Source: an uncultured Planctomycetota bacterium (GTDB lineage: Bacteria; Planctomycetota; Brocadiia; Brocadiales; Brocadiaceae). From it: 32,000 nucleotides of DNA. The stretch spans positions 1,193,722-1,225,721 of the forward strand of contig CAVPVY010000005.1 in assembly GCA_963709355.1 (NCBI GenBank), written 5' to 3'. The notes under the pieces are model-generated. The model was not told where the DNA came from. It worked only from the letters and a program-made list of their open reading frames with translations, and made no database searches. Shown here one piece after another: positions 8,878-17,576 of the stretch (the stretch's first letter is position 1; each line of letters opens with the position of its first letter). The position numbers and the translations under genes are program-made.

Positions 8878-10098
8878 ATGAATAGGCGCGTAGTAATAAC
8901 GGGTGTGGGGATGATAACCCCTATAGGTTCTGGTAAAGATGTATTCTGGAAATCGCTTATAGCCGGAGAATCTGGGGTTGATAATGTAACGTGTATTGAT
9001 ACCTCTGAATATAAAGTTCATAAGGGATGTGAGGTTAAGAACTTTAATTATTCAGATTATATCAAGAACGGTGTGCTTAAGAAGATTGGTAAAGGATCAC
9101 AGTTTGCAATAGCAGCTACAAAGCTTGCTCTGGATGATGCTAAAATTGATTTTAATAAGATAGAGTTGGAGAGAATTGGGGTTTCTATTGGAACAACTGC
9201 AGGTGAAATACAAATCCTTGAAAAAGTAAACTATATACGCCATAAAGAAGGAGAAGATAATGTAGACCCTGATTTATTTTTAATGCATCCGTGTAATAAC
9301 ATTCCTGCCAACATTGCAATTGAATTTGGTTTTAAGGGGCCTAATACCATTATTCCTACTGCATGTGCAGCTGGAAATTATGCGATTGGATATGCTTATG
9401 ATCTTATCAAATTTGGCAGAGTGGACATGATGGTTGCTGGCGGCTCAGATCCGTTCTCTAAAGTTGCATACACGGGTTTTGCAAGGTTAGGAGCAATCGC
9501 GCCAGAAATATGCCAGCCGTTCGATAAGAATAGAAAAGGTATGATGGTTGGTGAAGGATCTGGGATGCTTCTTCTTGAATCACTTGAACATGCACAAAAA
9601 AGAAGTGCTAATATTTATGCAGAAATTATAGGTTATGGTCTTAGTTGTGATGCATATCATATTACCATTCCGCATCCGGATGGAGAGGGGGTGGTTTCCG
9701 CGATGAAGAAAGCACTTCAAAGTGCAAACTTAGAACCTGAAGATGCTCAGTATATTAGCGCCCATGGTACAGGAACTCCGGCAAATGATAAGGCAGAAAC
9801 AATTTCAATAAAAAAAGTATTTGGTGAAAAACCAAAGAATCTTGCCATCAGTTCAATAAAATCTATGATTGGGCATACTATGGGTGCGGCTAGCGCAATT
9901 GAGGCTATTACATGCGCGTTAGCTGTACAGAATGATATAATACCACCAACAATTAACTATGAGGTGCCAGATCCTGAGTGTGACTTGGACTATGTTCCCA
10001 ATGTAATGCGGAGACAGAAGGTAAATATCGCACTAAACAATGCACATGCATTTGGTGGAAACAATAGTTGTTTGGTTGTGAGAAAATTTACAATCTAA
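8878..10098 (+). CDS. Beta-ketoacyl-ACP synthase (KAS II/FabF-like), catalytically intact
   Basis: The Cys-His-His triad is present: [25 protein letters not shown] and GHTMGAAS. C-terminal [14 protein letters not shown]. Confidence 0.85.
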   Translation: MNRRVVITGVGMITPIGSGKDVFWKSLIAGESGVDNVTCIDTSEYKVHKGCEVKNFNYSDYIKNGVLKKIGKGSQFAIAATKLALDDAKIDFNKIELERIGVSIGTTAGEIQILEKVNYIRHKEGEDNVDPDLFLMHPCNNIPANIAIEFGFKGPNTIIPTACAAGNYAIGYAYDLIKFGRVDMMVAGGSDPFSKVAYTGFARLGAIAPEICQPFDKNRKGMMVGEGSGMLLLESLEHAQKRSANIYAEIIGYGLSCDAYHITIPHPDGEGVVSAMKKALQSANLEPEDAQYISAHGTGTPANDKAETISIKKVFGEKPKNLAISSIKSMIGHTMGAASAIEAITCALAVQNDIIPPTINYEVPDPECDLDYVPNVMRRQKVNIALNNAHAFGGNNSCLVVRKFTI

Positions 10099-10125
10099 GA
10101 ATTTTACTGCTAGTCAAAGTGCATT

Positions 10126-11367
10126 ATGGAAAATACAAGAATTGTTGTTACAGGTATTTCAGTCATCTCCCCTGTTGGGACAGGGAAAGATGAATTTTGG
10201 AAAAATTTGACAAATGGTGTATCAGGTATAAAGCCTGTTACTCTGTTTGATGTGAGTAAATTTAACAGTAAACAAGCCGGTGAGATAACTGATTTTGATG
10301 CAAAAGTGTATTTAGGACCGAAGGGCATTCGCCACATTGACAGGACTTCCCTGCTTGTATCTTCAGGGACTGTGCTTACTTTCAGAGACGCAGACATTAA
10401 AAGTAATACTTATAGCGAAGATGAATTAGGAATTGTTGTTGGCTCAACTTATGGGAGCATCGATAGTATTAGTTCGTTTGATTTTCAATCTTTGCGTGAA
10501 GGTCCCAATTATGTTAATCCAATGGATTTTCCCAATACAGTGTTGAATGCTCCTGCTAGCCGCGCATCAATTTTCTGTAAAGCCAAAGGTCTTAACACTA
10601 CGATTTCAAATGGTGTAACAAGCAGCGTTGACGCTATTATTTATGCATCAGATTTTTTACGTATGGGTCGTGTAAGGGCTGTAGTTGCGGGTGGAGTACA
10701 TGGATTAACCCATGATATATTCTGGGGTGCGCATAATTCAAAAATTTTAGCAGGAAGCAGGAATGGAACGCTAGAAATTAGCGCGCCTTTTGATAAAAGA
10801 AGAAACGGAATGATTATTGGTGAGGCTTCAGCACTTATTTTCCTTGAGACATTGGAAGATGCACTTAAAAGAAATGCTCATATATATGCAGAGGTTAAAG
10901 GTTACGGAACTGCATTTGACCCAAAGATGTCTACAGCAAAAGATTATCAGATTGAAGGCAACAGGCGTGCTATTATAGATGCAATAAAGAATGCCAATTT
11001 AACAGTACATGATGTTTCCTGCATTTTTGCAAATGCTTATTCAGGCGTCTATGGCGATAATATGGAAACGCTGGCTATTAATGATGCATTTGGTATGAAA
11101 TCAAAACTAATACCTATAACAGCTATTAAGTCAATGACTGGGGAGTGTTTTGATGCATCCGGAGCTTTACAAACAATAGCCGCCATCATGTCAATTAGAA
11201 CAAATACCATTCCACCAACAATTAACTATAAGGAACCTGACCCCGAGTGTGATTTAGATTATGTACCTAATAATAGCAGGGTTGTTCCTGTTAAGAATGT
11301 ACTCATAAATTCATTTTCACGCCTTGGCAACAGTTCTGCCTTAATAATTTCAAAATACAAACAATAG
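10126..11367 (+). CDS. KS-like paralogue lacking the Cys-His-His triad (chain-length-factor-like partner)
   Basis: It has the same fold motifs as the upstream KS. By manual alignment, Val replaces the active-site Cys, Asn replaces the first His and Glu replaces the second His. Confidence 0.8.
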   Translation: MENTRIVVTGISVISPVGTGKDEFWKNLTNGVSGIKPVTLFDVSKFNSKQAGEITDFDAKVYLGPKGIRHIDRTSLLVSSGTVLTFRDADIKSNTYSEDELGIVVGSTYGSIDSISSFDFQSLREGPNYVNPMDFPNTVLNAPASRASIFCKAKGLNTTISNGVTSSVDAIIYASDFLRMGRVRAVVAGGVHGLTHDIFWGAHNSKILAGSRNGTLEISAPFDKRRNGMIIGEASALIFLETLEDALKRNAHIYAEVKGYGTAFDPKMSTAKDYQIEGNRRAIIDAIKNANLTVHDVSCIFANAYSGVYGDNMETLAINDAFGMKSKLIPITAIKSMTGECFDASGALQTIAAIMSIRTNTIPPTINYKEPDPECDLDYVPNNSRVVPVKNVLINSFSRLGNSSALIISKYKQ

Positions 11368-11370
11368 TAC

Positions 11371-12825
11371 ATGTTATCAGCAGAAGTAGGCATACAATCC
11401 ACAAAGAGAAATAAAATATACTCACATTACGATGTTATTATAATTGGCGCAGGTATAGCAGGTCTTGTTTGTGGTGCATTTCTCGCCAAAAGTGGAAAGA
11501 AAGTACTCATAGTTGAACAACATTTTATTCCAGGTGGTTACTGCACATCTTTCAAAAGGAAGGGATTCAACTTTGATGCGGCAGTTCATCATATAGGAGG
11601 TTGCGGCAAGTGGAGTATTATTGGTCGTTGTTTTAAGACACTCGGAATTGAGATGGATTTTTATCACCTCGATCCCATGGATAATTTAATTTTTCCAAGC
11701 TTTAATATAGAAATCCCCGCTGATTTAGAGAAATACATATTACAGTTACAAAATCGCTATCCTTATGAAAAAGAAAGTCTTAAGAGTTTTTTTCAGGATT
11801 ACGTTAAGTTATATCGGGCTACGTTTAACACTGAAAAGAGTCAAATCATTGAGAAATACAAAGACCAGACATATGCTGGGATGTTAAATAGTTTTTTTGG
11901 GAATGAAGAACTGAAGATGGTGCTTTCTGGTCAGTGGGGTTATATAGGTCTCCCCCCTACTCAAGCGTCTGCCATTGGTATGTGTCAAATGATGATTAAT
12001 TATTTAAAGGACGGTGCATTTTTTCCGGCTGGCGGCACTCAAGAGTTTACGAATGTAATTTTTAAGAAATTTATTGATTTAGGTGGACATGTCATGTTAT
12101 CATCAGAAGCAAAAGAAATTCTTTTAGATAATAAAAGTGTAAAAGGTGTTAAATTACACAACGGTAAAGAAATACCTGCTAGTACAGTTGTTTCAAATAT
12201 AGATGCATATCAAACTTATTTTTGCTTACTTGATGGTAATATAGATGCAACCTTCCTTGAAAAAATTGAAAAAATGAAGGAAAGTTGTTCTTTTTCCCTT
12301 CTGTATCTTGGTTTAGGAGGAGAACTGGATTTAAGTAAATTAATTAGGGGTTTTTATCATACAGCCATAGATACAGATGATATGGATAAAGAGTGGATGT
12401 ATATTTCCGTACCAACAAAGATTTATCCAGAGTTGGCTCCAAAAAACAAACAAATAATATCAGTAGTTGTTTATTACAAAGATGAATTATATAATAATGT
12501 AAATAATTGGAAATCTTTTAAAGAAGAAATGATGACGAGAACTATTAGTCGTCTCGAATCATATGTTCCGAATATAAAAAACTATATCGAGGTTAAAGAA
12601 GCTGCTACGCCAAAAACTCTTGAACGATATACTTTAAATAAGAATGGTGCCGCATATGGTTGGGCAGTTAGTGTTAATCAAATATGGGAAAACAGGTTAC
12701 CCCAGAAAACACCAATTAATAATTTATATTTAACAGGCCACTGGACAAGACCAGGTCCTGGAATTTGCGCCGTTGTCTCTTCTGGCTGGGGTGTCTCAAA
12801 TTTAATAATAGAGAATTGGAGGTAA
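11371..12825 (+). CDS. FAD-dependent oxidoreductase of the phytoene desaturase (CrtI)/amine oxidase family
   Basis: DVIIIGAGIAGLVCGAFLAKSGKKVLIVEQHFIPGGYCTSF dinucleotide-binding N-terminus. The approximately 480-aa length and the C-terminal LYLTGHWTRPGPG motif are typical of the CrtI family. Confidence 0.8.
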   Translation: MLSAEVGIQSTKRNKIYSHYDVIIIGAGIAGLVCGAFLAKSGKKVLIVEQHFIPGGYCTSFKRKGFNFDAAVHHIGGCGKWSIIGRCFKTLGIEMDFYHLDPMDNLIFPSFNIEIPADLEKYILQLQNRYPYEKESLKSFFQDYVKLYRATFNTEKSQIIEKYKDQTYAGMLNSFFGNEELKMVLSGQWGYIGLPPTQASAIGMCQMMINYLKDGAFFPAGGTQEFTNVIFKKFIDLGGHVMLSSEAKEILLDNKSVKGVKLHNGKEIPASTVVSNIDAYQTYFCLLDGNIDATFLEKIEKMKESCSFSLLYLGLGGELDLSKLIRGFYHTAIDTDDMDKEWMYISVPTKIYPELAPKNKQIISVVVYYKDELYNNVNNWKSFKEEMMTRTISRLESYVPNIKNYIEVKEAATPKTLERYTLNKNGAAYGWAVSVNQIWENRLPQKTPINNLYLTGHWTRPGPGICAVVSSGWGVSNLIIENWR

Positions 12826-12834
12826 ATAATAACT

Positions 12835-14295
12835 ATGAAAAGAAAAATGATGTTAATTAACCCGCATAACCCTGGTAGATGCGGGGAAGAGAGTATTACG
12901 GTAATTGTACAGATGCCTCTGAATCTTGCTTATATTGCTGCCCTTACACCCGGTGATTGGGAATTTGATGTCATTGACGAAAACGTTGATCTCGCAATGG
13001 ATAATAATGGTGAAATTACCTTTGCTCCTGTTGATCTAGTATGTATTACTGCAGTTACTTATCAATCTCCTAGGGCATATAAAATTGCCACTGCATGCAG
13101 AAAGAGGGGTATGCCTGTAATTATGGGTGGTATACATGCCTCTGTAATGGCAGAGGAGGCTGTAAATTACGCCGATGCAATTTTTGTAGGCGAGGCAGAG
13201 GAGGTATGGCCGCGGGTAATTAGGGACTTTGAAGCAGGTAAACTGGAAAAGGTTTACAATGGTGGTTTACCCCCCCTATCCTTGATGAAAAAAGTATATC
13301 CTAATCGTGAACTCATGAAAAGGAAATACAATTATAAATTCTCGTCCATCGTTACAACTAAAGGATGTCCAAATTACTGTGACTTCTGCAGCGTTCCAAC
13401 ATTCCAAGGTAGAAAATTCAGGGAGAGACCATATGAAGACGTGCTTGACGAAATGGTCGCGACGGATTACAAGGGACTGATGCTTGCAGAAGATAATTTC
13501 TACGGACACGGAAAAAAATCAAACGAAAGGGCAAGAAATCTTTTTAAAGGAATGGTGGAAAAAGATATTAAAAAAGATTGGCTGGGATTCACAGCCCTGA
13601 ACATATCTCAGGATAAAGAAACTTTAGATTATATGGCTAAAAGTGGTTGTTTTGGAATGCTTATAGGTATTGAATCAACCAATGAGACTGTCTTACAGAA
13701 AATGAATAAACGTGTAAATTTGAAATTGGGTACAGATAGTTATTTTGATTGCATCCAAAAGATCCACGATGCAGGATTAGTTGTTTGGGGCTCTGTAGTA
13801 TTTGGCGCCGATGGTGATGATAAAGATTCCTTTAAGAGGATGACAGACTTTATAATTGAAAATAATATTGATATTTTAACATTTGGAATAAATTGCCCCT
13901 TCCCAAAGACACAATTATATGCAAGATTGGATTCTGAGAAGAGGATCTTCAGGAAGAATTATCCTGAGGATTGGCAATACTACGATACAGCGCATGTCGT
14001 TCACAGATTTGTTGACATGACACTCGAAAATTTCATTGACGGTATGCAGTATGTATACAATCATATTTACGCAGACAATAACTTAAGGACCCGTTTCAGG
14101 AACTCAATCAAGACTACAAACAACCCAAGAAATTCCATGTTTGCATTCAGGGTAGGCTCTGATTGGAAACAGGTATTTGAGCAGGTATTGCAGAACTTAA
14201 AAGAATTATACGATTCTGGTGATTATTATGTTGATTGCTATAAGTCAAAGGCTGTAACAGTTGAAAAACCAATTTTGGAAACTGCCACATCATAG
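12835..14295 (+). CDS. Cobalamin-binding-domain radical SAM enzyme (class B)
   Basis: An N-terminal B12-binding-like Rossmann region (DLVCITAVTYQSPRAYKIATACRKRGMPVIMGGIHAS) is followed by a CPNYCDFCSV CxxxCxxC motif. Confidence 0.85.
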   Translation: MKRKMMLINPHNPGRCGEESITVIVQMPLNLAYIAALTPGDWEFDVIDENVDLAMDNNGEITFAPVDLVCITAVTYQSPRAYKIATACRKRGMPVIMGGIHASVMAEEAVNYADAIFVGEAEEVWPRVIRDFEAGKLEKVYNGGLPPLSLMKKVYPNRELMKRKYNYKFSSIVTTKGCPNYCDFCSVPTFQGRKFRERPYEDVLDEMVATDYKGLMLAEDNFYGHGKKSNERARNLFKGMVEKDIKKDWLGFTALNISQDKETLDYMAKSGCFGMLIGIESTNETVLQKMNKRVNLKLGTDSYFDCIQKIHDAGLVVWGSVVFGADGDDKDSFKRMTDFIIENNIDILTFGINCPFPKTQLYARLDSEKRIFRKNYPEDWQYYDTAHVVHRFVDMTLENFIDGMQYVYNHIYADNNLRTRFRNSIKTTNNPRNSMFAFRVGSDWKQVFEQVLQNLKELYDSGDYYVDCYKSKAVTVEKPILETATS

Positions 14296-14327
14296 TATGT
14301 TGATACATAAATAAAGTAATACAATAT

Positions 14328-14370
14328 AAAGGCACGTCAACAGTTTAATTGATGTGCCTTTCTGTATTCT
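14328..14370 (+). terminator. Rho-independent terminator closing the ACP-rSAM operon
   Basis: AAAGGCAC (14328-14335) pairs with GTGCCTTT (14354-14361), followed by a T-rich stretch CTGTATTCT. Confidence 0.55.
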
Positions 14371-14461
14371 GATTATATTATGAGTGATTCCTAAGGTATT
14401 TAGAAACAAGACTTGTTAACTTAAGTAAAATATTCAAAATTATGGAAAAGGAGGCTAAGTA

Positions 14462-14590
14462 ATGATTGGCAAATTATTATCTTTTTCAATGGAGAAATCA
14501 ATTATTCCTGACATCAGCCCAAAGGCAATCTTGATTATTACAATTGCACTTATTTTTGTAATATTGTTCACCTGGAAAAAGGAGGGATAA
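14462..14590 (+). CDS. 42-aa single-pass membrane micro-protein translationally coupled to lpdA
   Basis: Found by hand translation: MIGKLLSFSMEKSIIPDISPKAILIITIALIFVILFTWKKEG. A strong AAGGAGG RBS precedes the ATG. Its TAA is immediately followed by the lpdA TTG start, and its last codons (AAGGAGGGA) form the lpdA RBS. Confidence 0.45.
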   Translation: MIGKLLSFSMEKSIIPDISPKAILIITIALIFVILFTWKKEG

Positions 14591-16030
14591 TTGCCTGATA
14601 GGAACTCAACCTTTGACCTTGCTATCATTGGTGGAGGTCCAGGTGGTTATGTAGCTGCAATAAAAGCTGCCCAATCAGGATTAAAAACTGCTCTTGTTGA
14701 AAAGAATAAAGTCGGCGGTACATGTTTACATCAGGGTTGTATTCCAACAAAGGCACTTCTTTACTCCGCGGATCTTTATAAAAAGTTCCAACGGGCAAAT
14801 GAATATGGAATTACAACTGATAAATTAACTTTTAATTATTCACAGTTTCATCGTCGTAAAGAAACCGTTGTTAAGCGCTTATTTCAAGGGGTTCAATTTT
14901 TACTTAAAAAAAACGGTGTCGAGGTTTTAGAAGGTGAAGGATATATCACATCGCCAAATAACATCTCTATACGAAAAAACAAAACGGAAATTGGCAAGAT
15001 AAATGCTAAATATATTATACTTGCAACCGGGTCTATTCCTCTCATACCTATTTCAATTCCATACGATAAGAAATATATACTTACAAGCGATGATATTTTA
15101 GTACTTGAAGAAATACCGAAGTCCATCATAATTGCAGGCGGTGGTGCCTTAGGGATAGAATTTGCCCATCTATTTAATATACTCGGGTCAAAAGTTACAA
15201 TCATAGAACTTCTAGACGATATCCTCCCGTTTGAAGAAAAAGAAATCAGTAACACGTTGAGAAAGATATTTATTAAAAGAGGTATAGATGTTTTCACCAG
15301 TACCTCTCTTGAAAAAGTTGAAATTAATAATTGTGCTAATGTTACTATAAAGAGAAAAACATCTCAACCCCCTATTGGCACTGAGAATCCTGCTTATCAA
15401 AATGAACTTTTAAAGGCAGATTGCTTGCTTCTCGCATTAGGCAGAATACCCGCATTAAGTAATATGGGCTTAGAAAGTTTATATTTGAATTCTAAAGGAA
15501 AATCTCTTAAAACCAATGAAGTAATGGAAACAAGCCAAAAAGCAATTTTTGCAATCGGAGACATTACAGGCAATCCTCTTCTTGCCCATAAAGCCTCAAA
15601 ACAAGGCTTAATTGCTGTAGATTATATTACAGGAAAGAAACCGAGTCAGTTAAATTATCAGAATATCCCTAGGGTAACTTACTGTTCTCCACAAGTTGCC
15701 AGTATTGGGATTACTCAGGAAGAGGCAGACAAAAAAGGATACAAAATAAAAACTGGAAAATTCCCTTTTGCAGCTAATAGTAAGGCAATTATAGATGGGG
15801 ATTTTGAAGATGGGTTTATGAAAATTATCGCTGATGAAAAATACGGTGAGATTTTAGGACTTCATGCAATAGGACCAAAAGTTAGTGAGTTCATATGGGG
15901 TATATCCCTTACTACTATACTTGATGGAACAGCTTATGAACTATCAAATAATATATTTCCCCACCCTACTCTGTCTGAAGCTATTTTAGAAGCAGCCCTT
16001 GCTGTGATTGGTAAACCAATCCATAATTAG
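14591..16030 (+). CDS. lpdA: Dihydrolipoyl dehydrogenase
   Basis: IIGGGPGGYVAA FAD motif, the redox-active disulfide GGTCLHQGCIPTK, and C-terminal HPTLSEA. TTG start. Confidence 0.9.
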   Translation: MPDRNSTFDLAIIGGGPGGYVAAIKAAQSGLKTALVEKNKVGGTCLHQGCIPTKALLYSADLYKKFQRANEYGITTDKLTFNYSQFHRRKETVVKRLFQGVQFLLKKNGVEVLEGEGYITSPNNISIRKNKTEIGKINAKYIILATGSIPLIPISIPYDKKYILTSDDILVLEEIPKSIIIAGGGALGIEFAHLFNILGSKVTIIELLDDILPFEEKEISNTLRKIFIKRGIDVFTSTSLEKVEINNCANVTIKRKTSQPPIGTENPAYQNELLKADCLLLALGRIPALSNMGLESLYLNSKGKSLKTNEVMETSQKAIFAIGDITGNPLLAHKASKQGLIAVDYITGKKPSQLNYQNIPRVTYCSPQVASIGITQEEADKKGYKIKTGKFPFAANSKAIIDGDFEDGFMKIIADEKYGEILGLHAIGPKVSEFIWGISLTTILDGTAYELSNNIFPHPTLSEAILEAALAVIGKPIHN

Positions 16031-16043
16031 TCTGTCTAACTAT
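16025..16043 (+). repeat. attL core (AATTAGTCTGTCTAACTAT)
   Basis: Identical 19-mer to 24571-24589. It contains the final AAT codon and TAG stop of lpdA. Confidence 0.75.
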
Positions 16044-16121
16044 TGTGTTTTGTATTACACTACCTCAAATCCCTTGTAAATACAGATAATTCACGGATTT
16101 TATAGTTTAACATCATAAACC

Positions 16122-16142
16122 TAAGTCGTACCTGAGTCGTAC
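16122..16142 (+). repeat. Inner direct repeat TAAGTCGTACCTGAGTCGTAC (candidate integrase arm-type site, attL side)
   Basis: Perfect 21-mer also found at 24427-24447. It contains GTCGTAC twice, 10 nt apart, and sits 8 nt from the integrase stop codon. Confidence 0.6.
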
Positions 16143-16150
16143 CCTTTCTA

Positions 16151-17320
16151 TTATGCTATGGCTAAATTAACCTTCTTGCTCATAGTTAACACATGGTCTG
16201 TTAACTTTTGAATAGCCATTTTCTTGCTATCTAATCCACCATGAGAATAACGCACCGTCATATCTAAGGTAGAATGCCCTAACATCTCTTTAGTAATTAT
16301 TGCACCAGTTCCCAAATCTGCTTGTAATGATGCGAAGGTATGTCTGAGATTGTGGAAGGTGAAATTCTGAATGCCTAAACTCTTAAACAGATTACTAAAA
16401 TAAGTGCTAAATTCCCTTACTAAGAGAACGTTTCTTTTCTCATTGCCAAAAATCATACCCCCCGTTTTATCTCTATACCCTTGCAGTTTCTCAGCTAAAT
16501 AGCTTGAAAGTGGAATTATGACCGCCTTCCCTGTCTTGTTTTGTGTGAACGTTATCAAGCCTTTAACGAAGTCTATATCCTGCCATTGAAGGCTTAACAC
16601 TTCACCAAGACGCATTCCGGCAAAAAGTCCCATCGCTACCATAAGTCTATCTTTCCCTTGCAGTCTATCAAGCAGTAATGCTATTTCTGGCTGTGATAAT
16701 ATCCTGTCTCTGGTCTGTGTTATTTTAAATGGCTTAACGTCTTTACATGGATTTCTTTCAATAATACCCGCCTTTATTGCAGTCACAAACACATTTGACA
16801 AGATAGAAACATCAAGGTTAATACTGCTATCCTTGACCTTATTCTTTTCTTTACGTTCAATTCTATACTTTTCAATAATAAATGGCGTTATCTTATTCAG
16901 TGGATAATCACCTAAAACGGCTACCAATGCTCTTATTGCCCGCTTTTTCATTGCAAGCGTGTTTTCTTTCGCTCCCCCGTTTGATTCCATGTATGTTTTT
17001 GAATACTCCTTTAATGTGGGAATCGTCTTTTTACATGGTAGATTAAACTTACCCCTGAGTATATCCGTTTTGATGATTGAAAGGAAATGCTCAGCTTCAG
17101 TCTTTGTCTTGATTTCTGGATATACCTTTGAAACCCACCGTCCGTCTGGATGCCTGAAATCTATTGCCCAAGTCCCACATTGAGACGGTACACCTTCAGG
17201 ACAAACCCTTGACCGCTTGCCTTCACATTCAACGCCTTTTATAATGACCCTGCCGTGTTTATCCCCTTCGGTTCTCTTACCCTTGCATTGTGGGAAATAT
17301 TTCCTAAATCTTACTGCCAT
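16151..17320 (-). CDS. Tyrosine recombinase / phage-type integrase
   Basis: C-terminal catalytic motifs GMRLGEVLSLQW, FHNLRHTFAS and LGHSTLDMTVRYSH. There is an N-terminal Cys/Lys-rich arm-binding-like extension. Confidence 0.9.
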   Translation of the reverse strand: MAVRFRKYFPQCKGKRTEGDKHGRVIIKGVECEGKRSRVCPEGVPSQCGTWAIDFRHPDGRWVSKVYPEIKTKTEAEHFLSIIKTDILRGKFNLPCKKTIPTLKEYSKTYMESNGGAKENTLAMKKRAIRALVAVLGDYPLNKITPFIIEKYRIERKEKNKVKDSSINLDVSILSNVFVTAIKAGIIERNPCKDVKPFKITQTRDRILSQPEIALLLDRLQGKDRLMVAMGLFAGMRLGEVLSLQWQDIDFVKGLITFTQNKTGKAVIIPLSSYLAEKLQGYRDKTGGMIFGNEKRNVLLVREFSTYFSNLFKSLGIQNFTFHNLRHTFASLQADLGTGAIITKEMLGHSTLDMTVRYSHGGLDSKKMAIQKLTDHVLTMSKKVNLAIA

Positions 17321-17561
17321 TATTCACCGTCCTTTCTTCTCTATCAATCCATTCCCTGATTTCTTTTGGCAGGTACATATTTCCACCTAGTGGATTGTTA
17401 GTTATATACCTGCCCTTTTCACGCAATGCAAACAGTGCCGCTTCTTCTACCGATGCACCAGCATAAGCTCTGGAATATCCACCGCCAAAATGCCCTGTTA
17501 CATCACAATAATAATTATCACCCCTTTTATACACTATGATACTACTTGGTCTTTTTTCCAT
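17304..17561 (-). CDS. Hypothetical 85-aa protein, overlaps the integrase start by 17 nt
   Basis: ORF with a purine-rich RBS (GGAAAGGGAAAGG) directly upstream. No recognisable motif. Confidence 0.45.
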   Translation of the reverse strand: MEKRPSSIIVYKRGDNYYCDVTGHFGGGYSRAYAGASVEEAALFALREKGRYITNNPLGGNMYLPKEIREWIDREERTVNNGSKI

Positions 17562-17576
17562 GCCTTTCCCTTTCCT

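Noticed and set aside
9939-11270. Similar DNA stretches at 9939-10002 and 11209-11270
   Set aside because: This is not a mobile or regulatory repeat. Both encode the conserved C-terminal [19 protein letters not shown] motif of the two KS paralogues, so the similarity reflects gene duplication.
14893-15297. 134-aa minus-strand ORF; also 15212-15400, 13276-13509, 14147-14335, 11422-11667, 10110-10397, 8459-8674, 8830-9021 and 7980-8261
   Set aside because: Each is antisense to a motif-supported gene (lpdA, rSAM, CrtI-like, KS, FabZ or ACP). They lack RBSs and recognisable motifs.
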